DNA from: a virus | Strand: one strand, 5' to 3' | DNA: 64,000 nt | IMG/VR virus record: IMGVR_UViG_3300047319_001031 | Coordinates: 4,754 to 68,753 of that record | Shown here: piece after piece, positions 28,690 to 38,844 of the stretch | Numbering within the stretch: the stretch's first letter is position 1 | How the letters are laid out: every line of letters starts with the position of its first letter | The notes under the pieces: model-generated | Told to the model about the DNA's origin: nothing | Databases searched by the model: none | What the model saw: only the letters and a program-made list of their open reading frames with translations | Translations under genes and position numbers: made by a program

Positions 28690-31523
28690 CAGGGTGCGTC
28701 GAGCTTGCTCAGATCGATCTCCACGCATCGTACCTGTCCTGCTGCCCACTTGGTACCCATGCCTAGCACCTTGCGGGTGTTGTCCTGCAAGACGATGCGC
28801 AGATCGTACAGGTCGCGCAGCATGCGGGTCAGGTTGATGCTGTGCTCAGCGCAGTAATCCTGCAGCGCGTTGCGGCTGATGAAGGCAATGCCGGTGTCGA
28901 GTTCCTTGCGGATCAGCAGCTCGATGCGGGGCTCGCTCGCCACGTTGTCGATGTTGCCTGCGTTCTTCGCTGACAGCACTAGCGTATTCGATTGGTGCTC
29001 GTCGAGGAAGGAAGCGATCGTCTCGGCCGGTATGGCGTTGTGTTCCCGGATGCGGTACCGGATCACGTTGATTTGTTCGTACAACCAGTTGATGTCGTCG
29101 GTGATCGGGAAGCCGGCGAACAGTCCCAAGTCGTAGCCGATCTCCGCGGCGCAGCGGCACACGGCGACCCATGCGGTCCAGAATCGTTCCTCACTCTTCG
29201 CGTCGACGGCGCGATCAGCTTCGGCGTTGTACTTGAGCACGCGACGGCGGATCTCGCTCTCGTGCTGCGCGATGTAGGCGGCGAAGTCACGACCGGCGTG
29301 TCCGTAATTGGCGTTCACCAGCTGGCGCACCATGTCGCCTTCGGCTTTCGTCACCGTAGTGATGTCGGGGAATTCGAGCTGCACCAGACGCGCGGCTTGT
29401 GGATCGCTCTCGCGGCTGACACTCGCCATGGTGGCGTACACATCGGTGTTGCTGTTGGTGAGCCCGAGATTGCTCCACGTGGCCAAGTCGGCGCGGATGC
29501 CACCCCCGGACTGGCTGCGCAGTCGCCCCTTGCCGCCGCCGTAGCCGAAGATGAATGCGGAAATGTCCTTGGCGGTACGGTTGGTAATTTCGTCGAGCAT
29601 GCAGGGTAAGTTGTGCATGGCATTGCAATTGATTTCTGCTGCTGCGCGAGTAGTGTCGCGCATGACGATGGCGCGAGGGTTGCCCCAGATCGCCGCCACG
29701 ACGTCGAGCACCGTGGACTTGCCAATGCCGCCGCGGCCGCTGGCGTTGACGCAGGCGGCTACCTGCCCGGTCATGCAGTACAGCGGACTGCCGAGCCCCG
29801 AGTAGAGGAAGGCGCGATAGGCTTGCAGCCCGTCGCGGTTGTACAGCTGCGCGGCGCGCTGCCACAGCGCTGGATCACCCTCGGTCACCATGCCGTTCTG
29901 TGTGGCCTCTTCCAGCGTGTGGCTCATGCGGTGGTTCTCGGTCAGCCCGTCCTTGGTGTAGAGCGTGTCGCCGACGATGAAGCCGTTCTTGCGCCAGCCC
30001 ATTTTGACGTAGGCCATTTCACGCGGGACCTCGTTCTGCAGCTTGCGTACGTAGTTAGTCATGAACGATGCCATCATGTGGGTGCGGTGCTCGTCGACAT
30101 AAATGCCGCGCTTCTGCAGCATGAGGGATAGCTGTATCTTGCCAGTGTGAGGGATGTCGAGATTGGTCCAGCCGACGTGGGGCAGGTTCACTTTCCAGCC
30201 CACGCTGTCCTCGATCATGGTGCGCTCGTCGTACTGCATGCGCACCGGGTACATGTCGTAGGGACAGAAGATCTCGGTGATGTTGGCGCCGGTTCGATTG
30301 TCGGCGGTGCGGATGCCGATGCCCCTGTCGGTGCGGATGTAGGGGTCGGGTGGTGGCACGATCTTGCGCTCGATCACGACGCCTTCATCGTTGACGTCCT
30401 GTATCACCAGTGGTGGGATCAGCTTGAAGTAGCGCGCGACGACCGCGGGTGAAGTGATCTTGCCTTCGCTCGGGCAGCCGTCACACACGTTGCTGCCGTC
30501 GTGATCTTCCCACGCTGCCTTGTATTTGGCGCACGTGGTCGGACCCATGCCTTGCTTTTCCCAGCGATCGTATTGCGCGTCGACGTAGGCCGCTGAATAA
30601 CGTGGGTCCTTGTCCGAGATCGAGTGTGCCACCTTGCGCCCGCTCTTGCAGTGCACCGCGAGCATCATGGCGCACATCCATGCAGGCTCGGGGATCGCGT
30701 CGCGCCCGAGCTTCTGGTTGTCGGGGTCGACCGTGCGGCGAAACGCGGCGCAGTTCTGCACCAGCAGTCGCGGGTCAAGACATTCAGGTTCGAAGCGGTT
30801 GGTATTGTTGCCGAAGAAAACCGGAGGACCGGCGTGGCCGTTGAGATGGGGTGCGGGGGCAGCGTTGTTGTTCAGATCGAGCGTTGCGTGGAAGCTCGTG
30901 GTGGGTGTATCGACGCCGAGATTAAGCACGATGACTTCAGGCTTCTCGGGATACTTGTAGTTGTGCGTACCGACCACGCGCAAGATGGATGCTGCATCGA
31001 CCGAGCGCGCCGAGTCATGCTTGACGTCGAGCGCTTTGGCCATCGCGGACAGTTGGCGTCCGCGTTCTCTCCACTCCGCTTTCGGAACTTCGTCGGTCAA
31101 TGTCCAGTAGATGTGGAGTCCGAATCCACTCTGAACGACCGTGGGTTTTGGAAGCCGATAGTGCCGGCAGAACCGAACCAAATCACGGATCGCATCGTCG
31201 GTCGTGTTATAGGCACGACCATTGCCTGCGTCCATATCCATTGTGTAAGACCGTAGGGCGCGAATATTTTCTGCCTTGCGGACGACACGCCAGTATCCAT
31301 GGTCCTCACCCTTGCTCGTGTCCCAGTGCTTAGCTTGTAGCAGTGCGCCTACGGCGAAGAAAACATTTTCATTCTCGCGATCCTGCTCAGCAGCGATCGC
31401 TGATGCTTCGTCAATATCTTCTGCTGCGAAGTGCCAGTGCGCACCATCAGGTTTTTTTACGACAATGCAGTACGGACCGGATAAAGGAAGGACGTGCTGC
31501 AGAAATTCCGCTGTCGCGCTCAA
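28689..31523 (-). CDS. primase-helicase (primase N-domain plus DUF927-like P-loop)
   Basis: DMD and SGFGLHIYW primase motifs, Cys cluster, Walker A GRGGIGKST, LDE. Confidence 0.85.
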   Translation of the reverse strand: MSATAEFLQHVLPLSGPYCIVVKKPDGAHWHFAAEDIDEASAIAAEQDRENENVFFAVGALLQAKHWDTSKGEDHGYWRVVRKAENIRALRSYTMDMDAGNGRAYNTTDDAIRDLVRFCRHYRLPKPTVVQSGFGLHIYWTLTDEVPKAEWRERGRQLSAMAKALDVKHDSARSVDAASILRVVGTHNYKYPEKPEVIVLNLGVDTPTTSFHATLDLNNNAAPAPHLNGHAGPPVFFGNNTNRFEPECLDPRLLVQNCAAFRRTVDPDNQKLGRDAIPEPAWMCAMMLAVHCKSGRKVAHSISDKDPRYSAAYVDAQYDRWEKQGMGPTTCAKYKAAWEDHDGSNVCDGCPSEGKITSPAVVARYFKLIPPLVIQDVNDEGVVIERKIVPPPDPYIRTDRGIGIRTADNRTGANITEIFCPYDMYPVRMQYDERTMIEDSVGWKVNLPHVGWTNLDIPHTGKIQLSLMLQKRGIYVDEHRTHMMASFMTNYVRKLQNEVPREMAYVKMGWRKNGFIVGDTLYTKDGLTENHRMSHTLEEATQNGMVTEGDPALWQRAAQLYNRDGLQAYRAFLYSGLGSPLYCMTGQVAACVNASGRGGIGKSTVLDVVAAIWGNPRAIVMRDTTRAAAEINCNAMHNLPCMLDEITNRTAKDISAFIFGYGGGKGRLRSQSGGGIRADLATWSNLGLTNSNTDVYATMASVSRESDPQAARLVQLEFPDITTVTKAEGDMVRQLVNANYGHAGRDFAAYIAQHESEIRRRVLKYNAEADRAVDAKSEERFWTAWVAVCRCAAEIGYDLGLFAGFPITDDINWLYEQINVIRYRIREHNAIPAETIASFLDEHQSNTLVLSAKNAGNIDNVASEPRIELLIRKELDTGIAFISRNALQDYCAEHSINLTRMLRDLYDLRIVLQDNTRKVLGMGTKWAAGQVRCVEIDLSKLDAP

Positions 31524-31550
31524 ACTAAGCCCCCCGGCTATGAGGGACGA

Positions 31551-31916
31551 TTATGCTCTGACAGTGGTCTTTTGCAACCCCCTAGCATTAGCTAAAAAGG
31601 TGGTCATTGCCCCTGCCAGTTGTTGTTCTTTTTGTCTGGTGTTGCCAACAAGTGGGGGAAGTTTCTCATCGTACATCCAGCACAGGAATGAAATGAGCTT
31701 CACCACCCTTGAAAGCAACGGTGGTGGGACCAGTGCGCGTCCGGTCATCCAACGCAGCACGGTTTGTTCATGCACGTCAAGGGACTCGGCGATCAGTGCT
31801 ATTGGGATTTCCAACCTGAGTGCGTGATGGCCGAGGAAAGGACCGAGGGCCAGTGGATCGACGTTGCGTGCTGTGTTAATCCACTTCTTGGTCTCGTCGC
31901 GTGGTCCGGGATTCAT
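31551..31916 (-). CDS. HTH DNA-binding protein
   Basis: IAESLDVHEQTVLRWMTG. Confidence 0.65.
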   Translation of the reverse strand: MNPGPRDETKKWINTARNVDPLALGPFLGHHALRLEIPIALIAESLDVHEQTVLRWMTGRALVPPPLLSRVVKLISFLCWMYDEKLPPLVGNTRQKEQQLAGAMTTFLANARGLQKTTVRA

Positions 31917-32217
31917 GCGTGGTCTCCCGCACCATGTTCACAGCGCGAGCATGCCCGGCCAGTGCTTCGGCTTTGGTGGCGTAGCGATCCATGTACTGAT
32001 CGTGCTGACCACCGAAGATCATGGTCTCGAACAGGATCGGTGGTCCATGGGGATTGAAGTTGTGATCGATTCCGAGGAAGACCGTGGAGATCCGCACAGG
32101 TCCGACGACGTCCTGTGCCATGTGTCGATTGGCGACTTCGAACCAGCGCGCCCATGTCATCAGGCTCTCGCATCGGACGACCCGATCGCCGATCATGATG
32201 TATTTGCCGAGGCCCAC
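31876..32217 (-). CDS. hypothetical phage protein
   Basis: ISTVFLGIDHNF...PILFETMIFGG. Confidence 0.7.
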   Translation of the reverse strand: MGLGKYIMIGDRVVRCESLMTWARWFEVANRHMAQDVVGPVRISTVFLGIDHNFNPHGPPILFETMIFGGQHDQYMDRYATKAEALAGHARAVNMVRETTHESRTTRRDQEVD

Positions 32218-32370
32218 AGCGCATAGTTTACTCGTCGGGATGCATAAACTGCATCACCAGCTTCTCAACGTACGAACAAAGTGCCAGCAGCGCGGCCTCG
32301 GATTCGCGGCCGAACGGGGCCACCTTGTAGGCTTGCGCCAGCCGGACGAATTCGTCCATGGGTGCTTCCA

Positions 32371-32565
32371 TCAGTGCTCCTCGATCTTCACTGGGGGTTT
32401 CTCGGGCGGTCGGGCGGTGAGCCTGCGCACGGCTTCCTGCGCGTTTATTCGGCAGACCTTGTGCACCCGCACCGGGCCGTCCGGGGTCACGACCACGGCA
32501 TAGTGCAGCCCGCCCATGGTCGACAGTTTGGTGCCGCAGTGCCAGCAGCGGGTCGATGCGCTCAT
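32371..32565 (-). CDS. small Cys/His protein
   Basis: CWHC...HKVC. Confidence 0.5.
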   Translation of the reverse strand: MSASTRCWHCGTKLSTMGGLHYAVVVTPDGPVRVHKVCRINAQEAVRRLTARPPEKPPVKIEEH

Positions 32566-32927
32566 GCTTTTTCCCTGATCAGCGGCACCACGTTGTCGGG
32601 TTTTGTCTTAGACGTTTTGCCCGCCAGCACCTGCAGTTTCCAGCGCAGCCAGCTGTTCACTTTCTTCCAGCGCTGGTGCGGCGTGGCGTTCGGTGGCAGG
32701 GAATCGTTGACCGCGGCGACCTCGTCGATCAGCGTGTTGTTCAGCGTTACGTGGGGGTTGTCGGCCCAGAAAGCGCCGATCGCGCAGTGCCTGCCGGCAC
32801 CGTCATGGAGCCGCCCATAGATCAGCGAGCGGCGGCGCGCGACCGAGTCGCGGATGAGGAACAAGGCCGTCTCGTCGGGCAGTGCCGGGTGGGTGCCGGT
32901 CTTGCATTCTGGTCGTAGCTTGCTCAC
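32562..32927 (-). CDS. hypothetical protein
   Basis: AGGAG RBS; HCAIGA...VND. Confidence 0.65.
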   Translation of the reverse strand: MSKLRPECKTGTHPALPDETALFLIRDSVARRRSLIYGRLHDGAGRHCAIGAFWADNPHVTLNNTLIDEVAAVNDSLPPNATPHQRWKKVNSWLRWKLQVLAGKTSKTKPDNVVPLIREKA

Positions 32928-32943
32928 TTTTTTCTCCTTTCCG

Positions 32944-33129
32944 ACTTCTACATTTAACTTGCCGTCCCTCTGTAGTTTTTGGGCTTTTTTCGTTTTTCAT
33001 GTAGAAGTGCCATAGCAAATTCGCGCGACAGATCAACGCGTTAAGCTCTTTATTTTCCGAATATTTTGTATTTGGAACCTACTTTATAATCAATACGTTA
33101 CAAGCGATTTTATGTAGAACGTTCTACAT
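32944..33129. other. attP-like region
   Basis: AT-rich; IHF-like AATCAATACGTTA (33088) and GATCAACGCGTTA (33031); four TTCTACAT/ATGTAGAA copies. Confidence 0.6.
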
Positions 33130-34080
33130 TTTGACCCGTTTGAGCGGCGCGACCGTGGTGATCTTCCGGCCCCGCAAGTACGCCTTGGTTGTGTTCGGGT
33201 CCGTGTGTCCAAGGAACTTGGTTGCGTCCTGACCCGCGGCATCGACATCGGTTCCAGCCTTGGCTCGAATGTCGTGCCAGATGGCACGCTCTTCGATACC
33301 GGCAGCTTTGAGCGCCTTTCGCCACCAACGTCCCACGGTCTGTCGAATCAACGGCTGACCACCGCGCCCGGAGAGAACGTAGATGCTTCCCACGTTGTCG
33401 CTTTGAAGCGCACGCGCTTGGGCAAGCAGCTCTCGGAAATCATTGTCTAGGACGTACCTCTGACGAGCGCCGGTCTTTTTGGTGTGAACCGCGGACCCAT
33501 CATCAAACTGGTCCCAGCGCAATTTGCAGAGATCGCTGATGCGCAAACCCGTGGCATAGGACAGCTCGATCGCTACGGAGAGTAGAGGGGGTGCGTGGCT
33601 CAACACATCGCTCAGTTCGGTGTGGGTCAAGTAACGGTCTCTCGACGCCCGCTTCCGATCCGACTTAGCACCTATGCAGGGGTTAAAGGTCAGCTTCTCC
33701 AGCTTCAACCAACGACTGTAGCTTTTCGAAAGCAGGCTGATTTCACTGCGACCACTGGTTCGTGGGCAGAGGTCGAGATACTTGGCGATGTCACCCTGCG
33801 TTATGGACGCAGCGTCCATCTCACCGAAGACTGCTTCGATGTGCCGTTGCCACGCGTTATGTTGGAGGTGCGTTGATGGTGCTTGTTTGCCGGCGATCGA
33901 GGCAAGGTATTCTCGGAGCATGGTGCTGACCGATTGCACAGCGCCAGCTTGTTGGCATAGTGCTCGGTACCTTGCTATTGCTACCGATTCAATGGACCCA
34001 AGGGCGACCCACTTTCTCGGTGTCGCTTGAGTGTCGTAATAGAATGCGCGGCCTTTGCGCCGCAAGCGGGGAAATTTCAT
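33124..34080 (-). CDS. int: tyrosine integrase
   Basis: TGLRISD, KKTG, HDIR, LGH, Y catalytic residues all present. Confidence 0.92.
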   Translation of the reverse strand: MKFPRLRRKGRAFYYDTQATPRKWVALGSIESVAIARYRALCQQAGAVQSVSTMLREYLASIAGKQAPSTHLQHNAWQRHIEAVFGEMDAASITQGDIAKYLDLCPRTSGRSEISLLSKSYSRWLKLEKLTFNPCIGAKSDRKRASRDRYLTHTELSDVLSHAPPLLSVAIELSYATGLRISDLCKLRWDQFDDGSAVHTKKTGARQRYVLDNDFRELLAQARALQSDNVGSIYVLSGRGGQPLIRQTVGRWWRKALKAAGIEERAIWHDIRAKAGTDVDAAGQDATKFLGHTDPNTTKAYLRGRKITTVAPLKRVKM

Positions 34081-34274
34081 TATGTGATTTTATCCCAATG
34101 GGGACCTTTGTTGCGCGCCTTCGAGCCCGACGGGTCAAGGGCTTCGATGCGGACCAAGGGCTCTCCTGTTGCCGCGGTTGTATACCGGATGCCAAGCCTG
34201 TTCAACGCCCGGCGCTGTGCTGAGTACCGCAGCTTCCCGGTGAGACGAACAACCTCGTCGACAGACAGAAACAT
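34080..34274 (-). CDS. excisionase-like protein (DUF4224-like)
   Basis: MFLS.DEV..LTG....SAQ.R.L...GI....G.PLV; coupled to int. Confidence 0.8.
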   Translation of the reverse strand: MFLSVDEVVRLTGKLRYSAQRRALNRLGIRYTTAATGEPLVRIEALDPSGSKARNKGPHWDKIT

Positions 34275-34333
34275 CCCGGCCTTCTCCTACCCCCCGGCAA
34301 TTGCTGCCGGGGGTCCCACACATCAGTTGCAGA

Positions 34334-35461
34334 TTACGCGTCCCACCCCGCCAGCAGTGAGCCCAGCCCCGACGCAGCTGCCGTCGTGTCCACCGTTGCC
34401 GCTGGGGCCACAGGCGGCGGTGCCTTCGCTGCAGGCGCTGCAGCAGCAGGAGCCGCAGCACCCACAGCAGGCGGTGCGAACGATGCCGGGGTGTCATCCG
34501 GATCTGTCGCAGGCGCCATCGCAGCAGCAGTCGCCGCAGCGGCCTTGGGTGCCGGGCGCGGTCGCGTTGCCGGTTTAGTCGCTGCCGCAGGCGTCGCGGT
34601 GGCAGGGGCCGCGACCGGAGCAGCGGGTGCCGGGGCGGCGACCGCGCCCGACGCAGCAGGTTGCTCGAACTCTTCCGGTGCCGGTGCCGTTCCCTCATGC
34701 GTGGGACCGACGTCGATCACGTTCAAGATCTGATCGAGCAATTCTTTTTCGGCGAGCTGCGCCTTGATCTTCTCGACGTTCTCCGCAGGTGTCCACCCGG
34801 CAGCTGAGAAGATCAGCTTGGGATAGGACATGCGTGCATCGAAGCTGATCTTGGTCGTGATGTTCGCCGTGTGGTTAACACCCTTACGCTTAAGCAGGTC
34901 CATGTACTGGTCAAAAGCGTAGAAGCCACGCGCTTCGTTTTCCGCGTTGTTCTTGTCCCACATCGACGTCTGCGGGATTTTGATCAGCAGCGGAACGAAC
35001 GACGGATCGTGCAACGGCACGACCACCATGCGCTTGAACTGCGCGCACGCAGCCACTTCCTTGCCCGACTCGGTGACACGTGAGCCCTTGGTCGACTGCG
35101 GACAAGCAGCGCACGTGGACGATTGCTTCTGGCCCGGGGGCACGCTCAAGTCGGGCGCGACGCCATCCTTCGACCAGCAGGTGGGCGGGGTGCTCTTGCC
35201 CTCTTCGAAGCCGCCTGCGTAGTACGCACGCGAGCGCAGCTTGTTGTAATCGAGGATTGTCACCTGCACCGATTGCACCGGGTCACCCCCGGAGTTGCGC
35301 ACGATGTTCTCGACGCCGTCCACGATCACGCGCCATGCCTTGCCGCGGAACGAGAGCTGGTTGGTTTGCGGACGGGCAACGATGTTGCCCTGTTCATTCA
35401 ACTCGGCCAGATGCGCAGGCAGCTGGCTGTTGTCGAAGATGGTCAATGCTTGCGGGTTCAT
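34334..35461 (-). CDS. putative ssDNA-binding protein
   Basis: PTCWS.DG..PD, CAACPQ; Ala/Pro tail ending in WDA. Confidence 0.65.
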   Translation of the reverse strand: MNPQALTIFDNSQLPAHLAELNEQGNIVARPQTNQLSFRGKAWRVIVDGVENIVRNSGGDPVQSVQVTILDYNKLRSRAYYAGGFEEGKSTPPTCWSKDGVAPDLSVPPGQKQSSTCAACPQSTKGSRVTESGKEVAACAQFKRMVVVPLHDPSFVPLLIKIPQTSMWDKNNAENEARGFYAFDQYMDLLKRKGVNHTANITTKISFDARMSYPKLIFSAAGWTPAENVEKIKAQLAEKELLDQILNVIDVGPTHEGTAPAPEEFEQPAASGAVAAPAPAAPVAAPATATPAAATKPATRPRPAPKAAAATAAAMAPATDPDDTPASFAPPAVGAAAPAAAAPAAKAPPPVAPAATVDTTAAASGLGSLLAGWDA

Positions 35462-35472
35462 GATCTCTCCAG

Positions 35473-35913
35473 TTATTTAGTACGAACGGTGATTCCCTGT
35501 TCCTTGAAAATCGAAATGCCCGGGGGCAGACTGTCCCCGTGCTCTCGCATGTATTCGCGCAAGTGCTCGACCTTGATCCGCTTCTGGTAAAAGTCGAGGT
35601 CGCCTGACTCTCGCACGAAGGCCCGGAACGCTTCCTCGTCGGCGATCTGCGCTTTCACCGACTCGTCGATGAATGCCGTGCCGAACGTGGTCTTGGTCTG
35701 GGTCGCGCCGCGAGCGAGCAAACGCCGCAGCAACTCGGTCTCCAGCTGCTCTTTCTGGGTCTTGATTACTTTGATCCGCGCGTCGCTCTCTTTAGTTTCG
35801 AGCGTGATCGCTTCGCGCATTTTTACGATGGCCTTGACGATACGGTCATCGCCAATTTCCACTTCTGCTTCCAGAACTGCTTCCATGGTGCTCTCCTTTT
35901 TAGCCTCGGTCAT
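35473..35913 (-). CDS. conserved replication-module protein
   Basis: KTTFGT...QKRI...LPPGI. Confidence 0.75.
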   Translation of the reverse strand: MTEAKKESTMEAVLEAEVEIGDDRIVKAIVKMREAITLETKESDARIKVIKTQKEQLETELLRRLLARGATQTKTTFGTAFIDESVKAQIADEEAFRAFVRESGDLDFYQKRIKVEHLREYMREHGDSLPPGISIFKEQGITVRTK

Positions 35914-35932
35914 GCTGTTTTAACTACACTTG

Positions 35933-35962
35933 ATTATAGACTTGCTATTTGCCAATAAGCAA
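35933..35962 (-). promoter_or_regulatory. possible sigma70 promoter
   Basis: TTGCTT-18 nt-TATAAT. Confidence 0.45.
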
Positions 35963-35973
35963 CTACGGCGGGT

Positions 35974-37530
35974 CTATTGCAACACTTCATTGTGATACAG
36001 ATCAAGCATGCTCATTTGACTCACTTTCTGTCCTGCAACTTGTTGGTAGATCGCCCATTCCAACGGCATCGCGCCAAGCTGGATGATGGTCATCTTGCGG
36101 GTCTGCCCCGGTCGATTGAATCGCTCGATCGCCTGTTGATCGTGGTTGTTGGAAAAGATCGGCCCGTAGAAGATCGTGGTATCAGCCTCGGTCAGATTGA
36201 TGCCATGTGCCATCACCTGTGGATGACAGAGCAGCACGCGTGGGTCCTGCTCCCGTTTGAACCGGGTGAAGATTTCATCGCGCTGCTTTTTGGTGACGTC
36301 GCCATTGATGATCTCGCAGCTGTATTCCTTACCCACTTCCTTGGCTAGTGCCAGCACGATGCCTTTGAACGGCACGATCACGATCACCTTGGCTGCCGCT
36401 TGGCTGATGCATTCCAGCAGCACCTTGAGCCGCGGTTTGTGATCGAGCAGTTCGTATTCATCATCCGTGCCGGGAACCTTCACCACACCGAGCAGGATCT
36501 GGCGTAGCTTGTTGACCCGGTCGGCTGCGTTGACTGCCGTGATCGTGCCAGCATCGCCCATCATGACCATCTGGTTCTTCATCGTGCTGTACGCTTTCTT
36601 CTGCTGCGGCGACAGCTCGACTGCACGCTTCTCGTACAGCACGGGTGGCAGATCAAGGCAATCAGCTTTGCGGAATCGGATCGCTGGTTGCAATGCTTGA
36701 AAGGCCATCTCGTAGCTGCCCTCGCGCGGAATCCATTTGTGCGTGGACAGCTGCATCATGGTCTGTCGTTTCCACGACCCGAAGTACACCGGCACTTGAT
36801 GCTTGTTCACCAGTCGCGCCTGTGCCCACGCATCGGTCGGCGCCTTCGGTGTCGGCGTGCCAGTCACCATCCACAAGCGACGTCGGCCGATCGCTCCTGC
36901 CAACGTCTCGTACATGTCGGTGGTGGAGTTGCGATACTCGGCGGATTCATCCACGACGATGAGATCGATGTCCGAGCGACCCTTGAGATCGTCGGTGAGG
37001 ATGTCGAGCCCGTGGTGGTTGATGATGTAGAAATCGAAGTCCTGCGCGAACAGATGCTGCCGGCGCTCGCGCGAGCCGTGCAGCACGGCACAACGACGAT
37101 GCATGAGCGTGCCGAAGATTTCCTGTGCCCACACCAGATCGAGCGTGGAGAGCGGGGCGTTGATGATCACCTTGCGGATCTGCCCGATCTTCATCAGGTA
37201 ATCGCATGCCCACAGAATCGGCACCGTCTTCGCGGTGCCCGGGTCGTTCAGGACGAAGAGTCGGGGGTAGAGCGTGCAGAACGCCGCCGTCTCTTTCTGG
37301 TGGGCGAAAGGGGTACGTCCCGCCTGTATGGGAAAGTCGTAGTAATAAAGGATCGGCGGTGGCGCAGCGACGCCCAAGTTCCGAAGTATTCGCACTGCAT
37401 CCATTGAGTGCGGGACCGCAAGGTTGTGACCCTCATAGTCGATCGTCTTCCACTTTGGCAGGATGTTGCAGATCGCGGCTGGGCTACGAACCCGGAGCAG
37501 CAGCGACTTGCTGGGTGTGTGCACGATCAT
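35974..37530 (-). CDS. SNF2-family helicase
   Basis: DPGTAKT, VVDES, TGTP, HGINLT, QAIERFNRPGQ. Confidence 0.9.
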   Translation of the reverse strand: MIVHTPSKSLLLRVRSPAAICNILPKWKTIDYEGHNLAVPHSMDAVRILRNLGVAAPPPILYYYDFPIQAGRTPFAHQKETAAFCTLYPRLFVLNDPGTAKTVPILWACDYLMKIGQIRKVIINAPLSTLDLVWAQEIFGTLMHRRCAVLHGSRERRQHLFAQDFDFYIINHHGLDILTDDLKGRSDIDLIVVDESAEYRNSTTDMYETLAGAIGRRRLWMVTGTPTPKAPTDAWAQARLVNKHQVPVYFGSWKRQTMMQLSTHKWIPREGSYEMAFQALQPAIRFRKADCLDLPPVLYEKRAVELSPQQKKAYSTMKNQMVMMGDAGTITAVNAADRVNKLRQILLGVVKVPGTDDEYELLDHKPRLKVLLECISQAAAKVIVIVPFKGIVLALAKEVGKEYSCEIINGDVTKKQRDEIFTRFKREQDPRVLLCHPQVMAHGINLTEADTTIFYGPIFSNNHDQQAIERFNRPGQTRKMTIIQLGAMPLEWAIYQQVAGQKVSQMSMLDLYHNEVLQ

Positions 37531-37823
37531 GGGATGGTCTGCAGCCAGTCGATCAGTCGTGCGGTGTCGTTACTGCTGAGATCGTCGATCACGAACACAA
37601 CGCCACCTGCAGCACGGATTTCCTTGATGGTGTTCTCCTGCCGTAGCGTAGGCTTGCCCCCGGGTGCTTTGGCTTCGATGGCGAAGTAGCGGCCATGCGA
37701 GCAGCCGATGTAATCGAGCGTCGGCTTGCCCATGCCGTTCTGCACCGGCTTGTGCCAGTAGCAGTGCCACGCATCTGCGAGCACGCGATCGATACCCTGC
37801 TTGATCTTGCCTTCGGGCGTCAT
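37527..37823 (-). CDS. VRR-NUC nuclease
   Basis: MTPEGKIK...D...FAIEAKAPGGKPTLRQ. Confidence 0.85.
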   Translation of the reverse strand: MTPEGKIKQGIDRVLADAWHCYWHKPVQNGMGKPTLDYIGCSHGRYFAIEAKAPGGKPTLRQENTIKEIRAAGGVVFVIDDLSSNDTARLIDWLQTIP

Positions 37824-37824
37824 G

Positions 37825-38001
37825 TCAATCCTCGTCGTCATCCTCATCCTGATCGCGATGGCCGAAGTGCGGCTGGCCGAAGCGACGATCGGCTTGTTCT
37901 TTGGCAACAGCTTCGGTGCAGTGAAAGCACAGCACCTGATTGAGCTGCGAGTAGAACACTTCGACATTCATCAGCGTGCAGTTGCAACGTGAACAGATCA
38001 T
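37825..38001 (-). CDS. small Zn-finger protein (58 aa)
   Basis: CSRC...CFHC, acidic tail; AAGGA RBS. Confidence 0.55.
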   Translation of the reverse strand: MICSRCNCTLMNVEVFYSQLNQVLCFHCTEAVAKEQADRRFGQPHFGHRDQDEDDDED

Positions 38002-38011
38002 TCCTTTCTCC

Positions 38012-38176
38012 CTATCGTGGACCGTTGATCGAACATGGAAAACGTTTCAGCTTCACTCCCCCTCTCGACCATGACAGCGGACCCTTGTCTCCCATGGTGG
38101 TTATCGTTCGTCCTAATAGTTTTCCTCCTGAGTAAGAGTGCCCGCTTCTGATCAGGTAGTAGGGCATCAGGATCAC
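38012..38176 (-). CDS. MI-head Ser/Arg/Gly-rich micro-ORF (54 aa)
   Basis: MILMPYYLIRSGHSYSGG...; GTGA overlap with the exonuclease stop. Confidence 0.45.
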   Translation of the reverse strand: MILMPYYLIRSGHSYSGGKLLGRTITTMGDKGPLSWSRGGVKLKRFPCSINGPR

Positions 38177-38844
38177 TGCTTTCTCCGCTTCGGTTTCCAG
38201 AAGTCGCACGTCGTCACTGGACACCAGCCGTTGCACAATCCGCTCTGCCGCGGCTGCCACGTGTTGGTCATGAACGCATCCCGGAACTGCTTGATGTCGG
38301 GTAGAAACTCCTGCCACAGTGCCGGGATGTCAGCTCGCACGAACGTGTCGGTGTCCTTCGCTTTCACCTTGAGCCAGAAGAATCCCACCTTGATCTTTTG
38401 CACAGCAGGGAAGTGCTGGAAGATCAGCAGCGCCATGAGCTTCATCTGCTTGCTGTCCTGCTTGCGGTTACCGGTCTTGTGGTCCATGGCGAATGCCATA
38501 TCGCCATCCACATGCAACACATCCGCGACGCCGCGCACGAATACGTTCTTGGCAAACTTTTCGCAGGGGTTGAGCTGGTTGTCGAGCGCCATTTCGTGCT
38601 CGACATACATCGTGCCCCGCACCGCCTTGATCGCGTCGAGGTAGCCCTGATACATCGACAAGTCGATCGGCAACGGCTTGCCATCTTTCAGATACGCCTC
38701 GAATGCTTCGTGCACCCGCTCGCCCCATAGCACTGCCTCGCCCCGGACGTCGACGACATCCTTCACCACCTTGAGGTGGTAATACTGCTTGGGGCAGTTG
38801 CTGAACTGCGACAGTGCAGTGTGGGACCATGCGTTCGGTTTCAC
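38173..38844 (-). CDS. PD-(D/E)XK exonuclease (Cas4/RecB-like)
   Basis: CPKQYY, RGVAD, DHKTG, C-terminal LCNGWCPVTTC. Confidence 0.85.
   Translation of the reverse strand: MKPNAWSHTALSQFSNCPKQYYHLKVVKDVVDVRGEAVLWGERVHEAFEAYLKDGKPLPIDLSMYQGYLDAIKAVRGTMYVEHEMALDNQLNPCEKFAKNVFVRGVADVLHVDGDMAFAMDHKTGNRKQDSKQMKLMALLIFQHFPAVQKIKVGFFWLKVKAKDTDTFVRADIPALWQEFLPDIKQFRDAFMTNTWQPRQSGLCNGWCPVTTCDFWKPKRRKQ

Noticed and set aside
38173-38844. Cas4-like nuclease as part of a CRISPR-Cas system
   Set aside because: It is a solo PD-(D/E)XK nuclease in a replication module; no cas1/cas2 or array is present.
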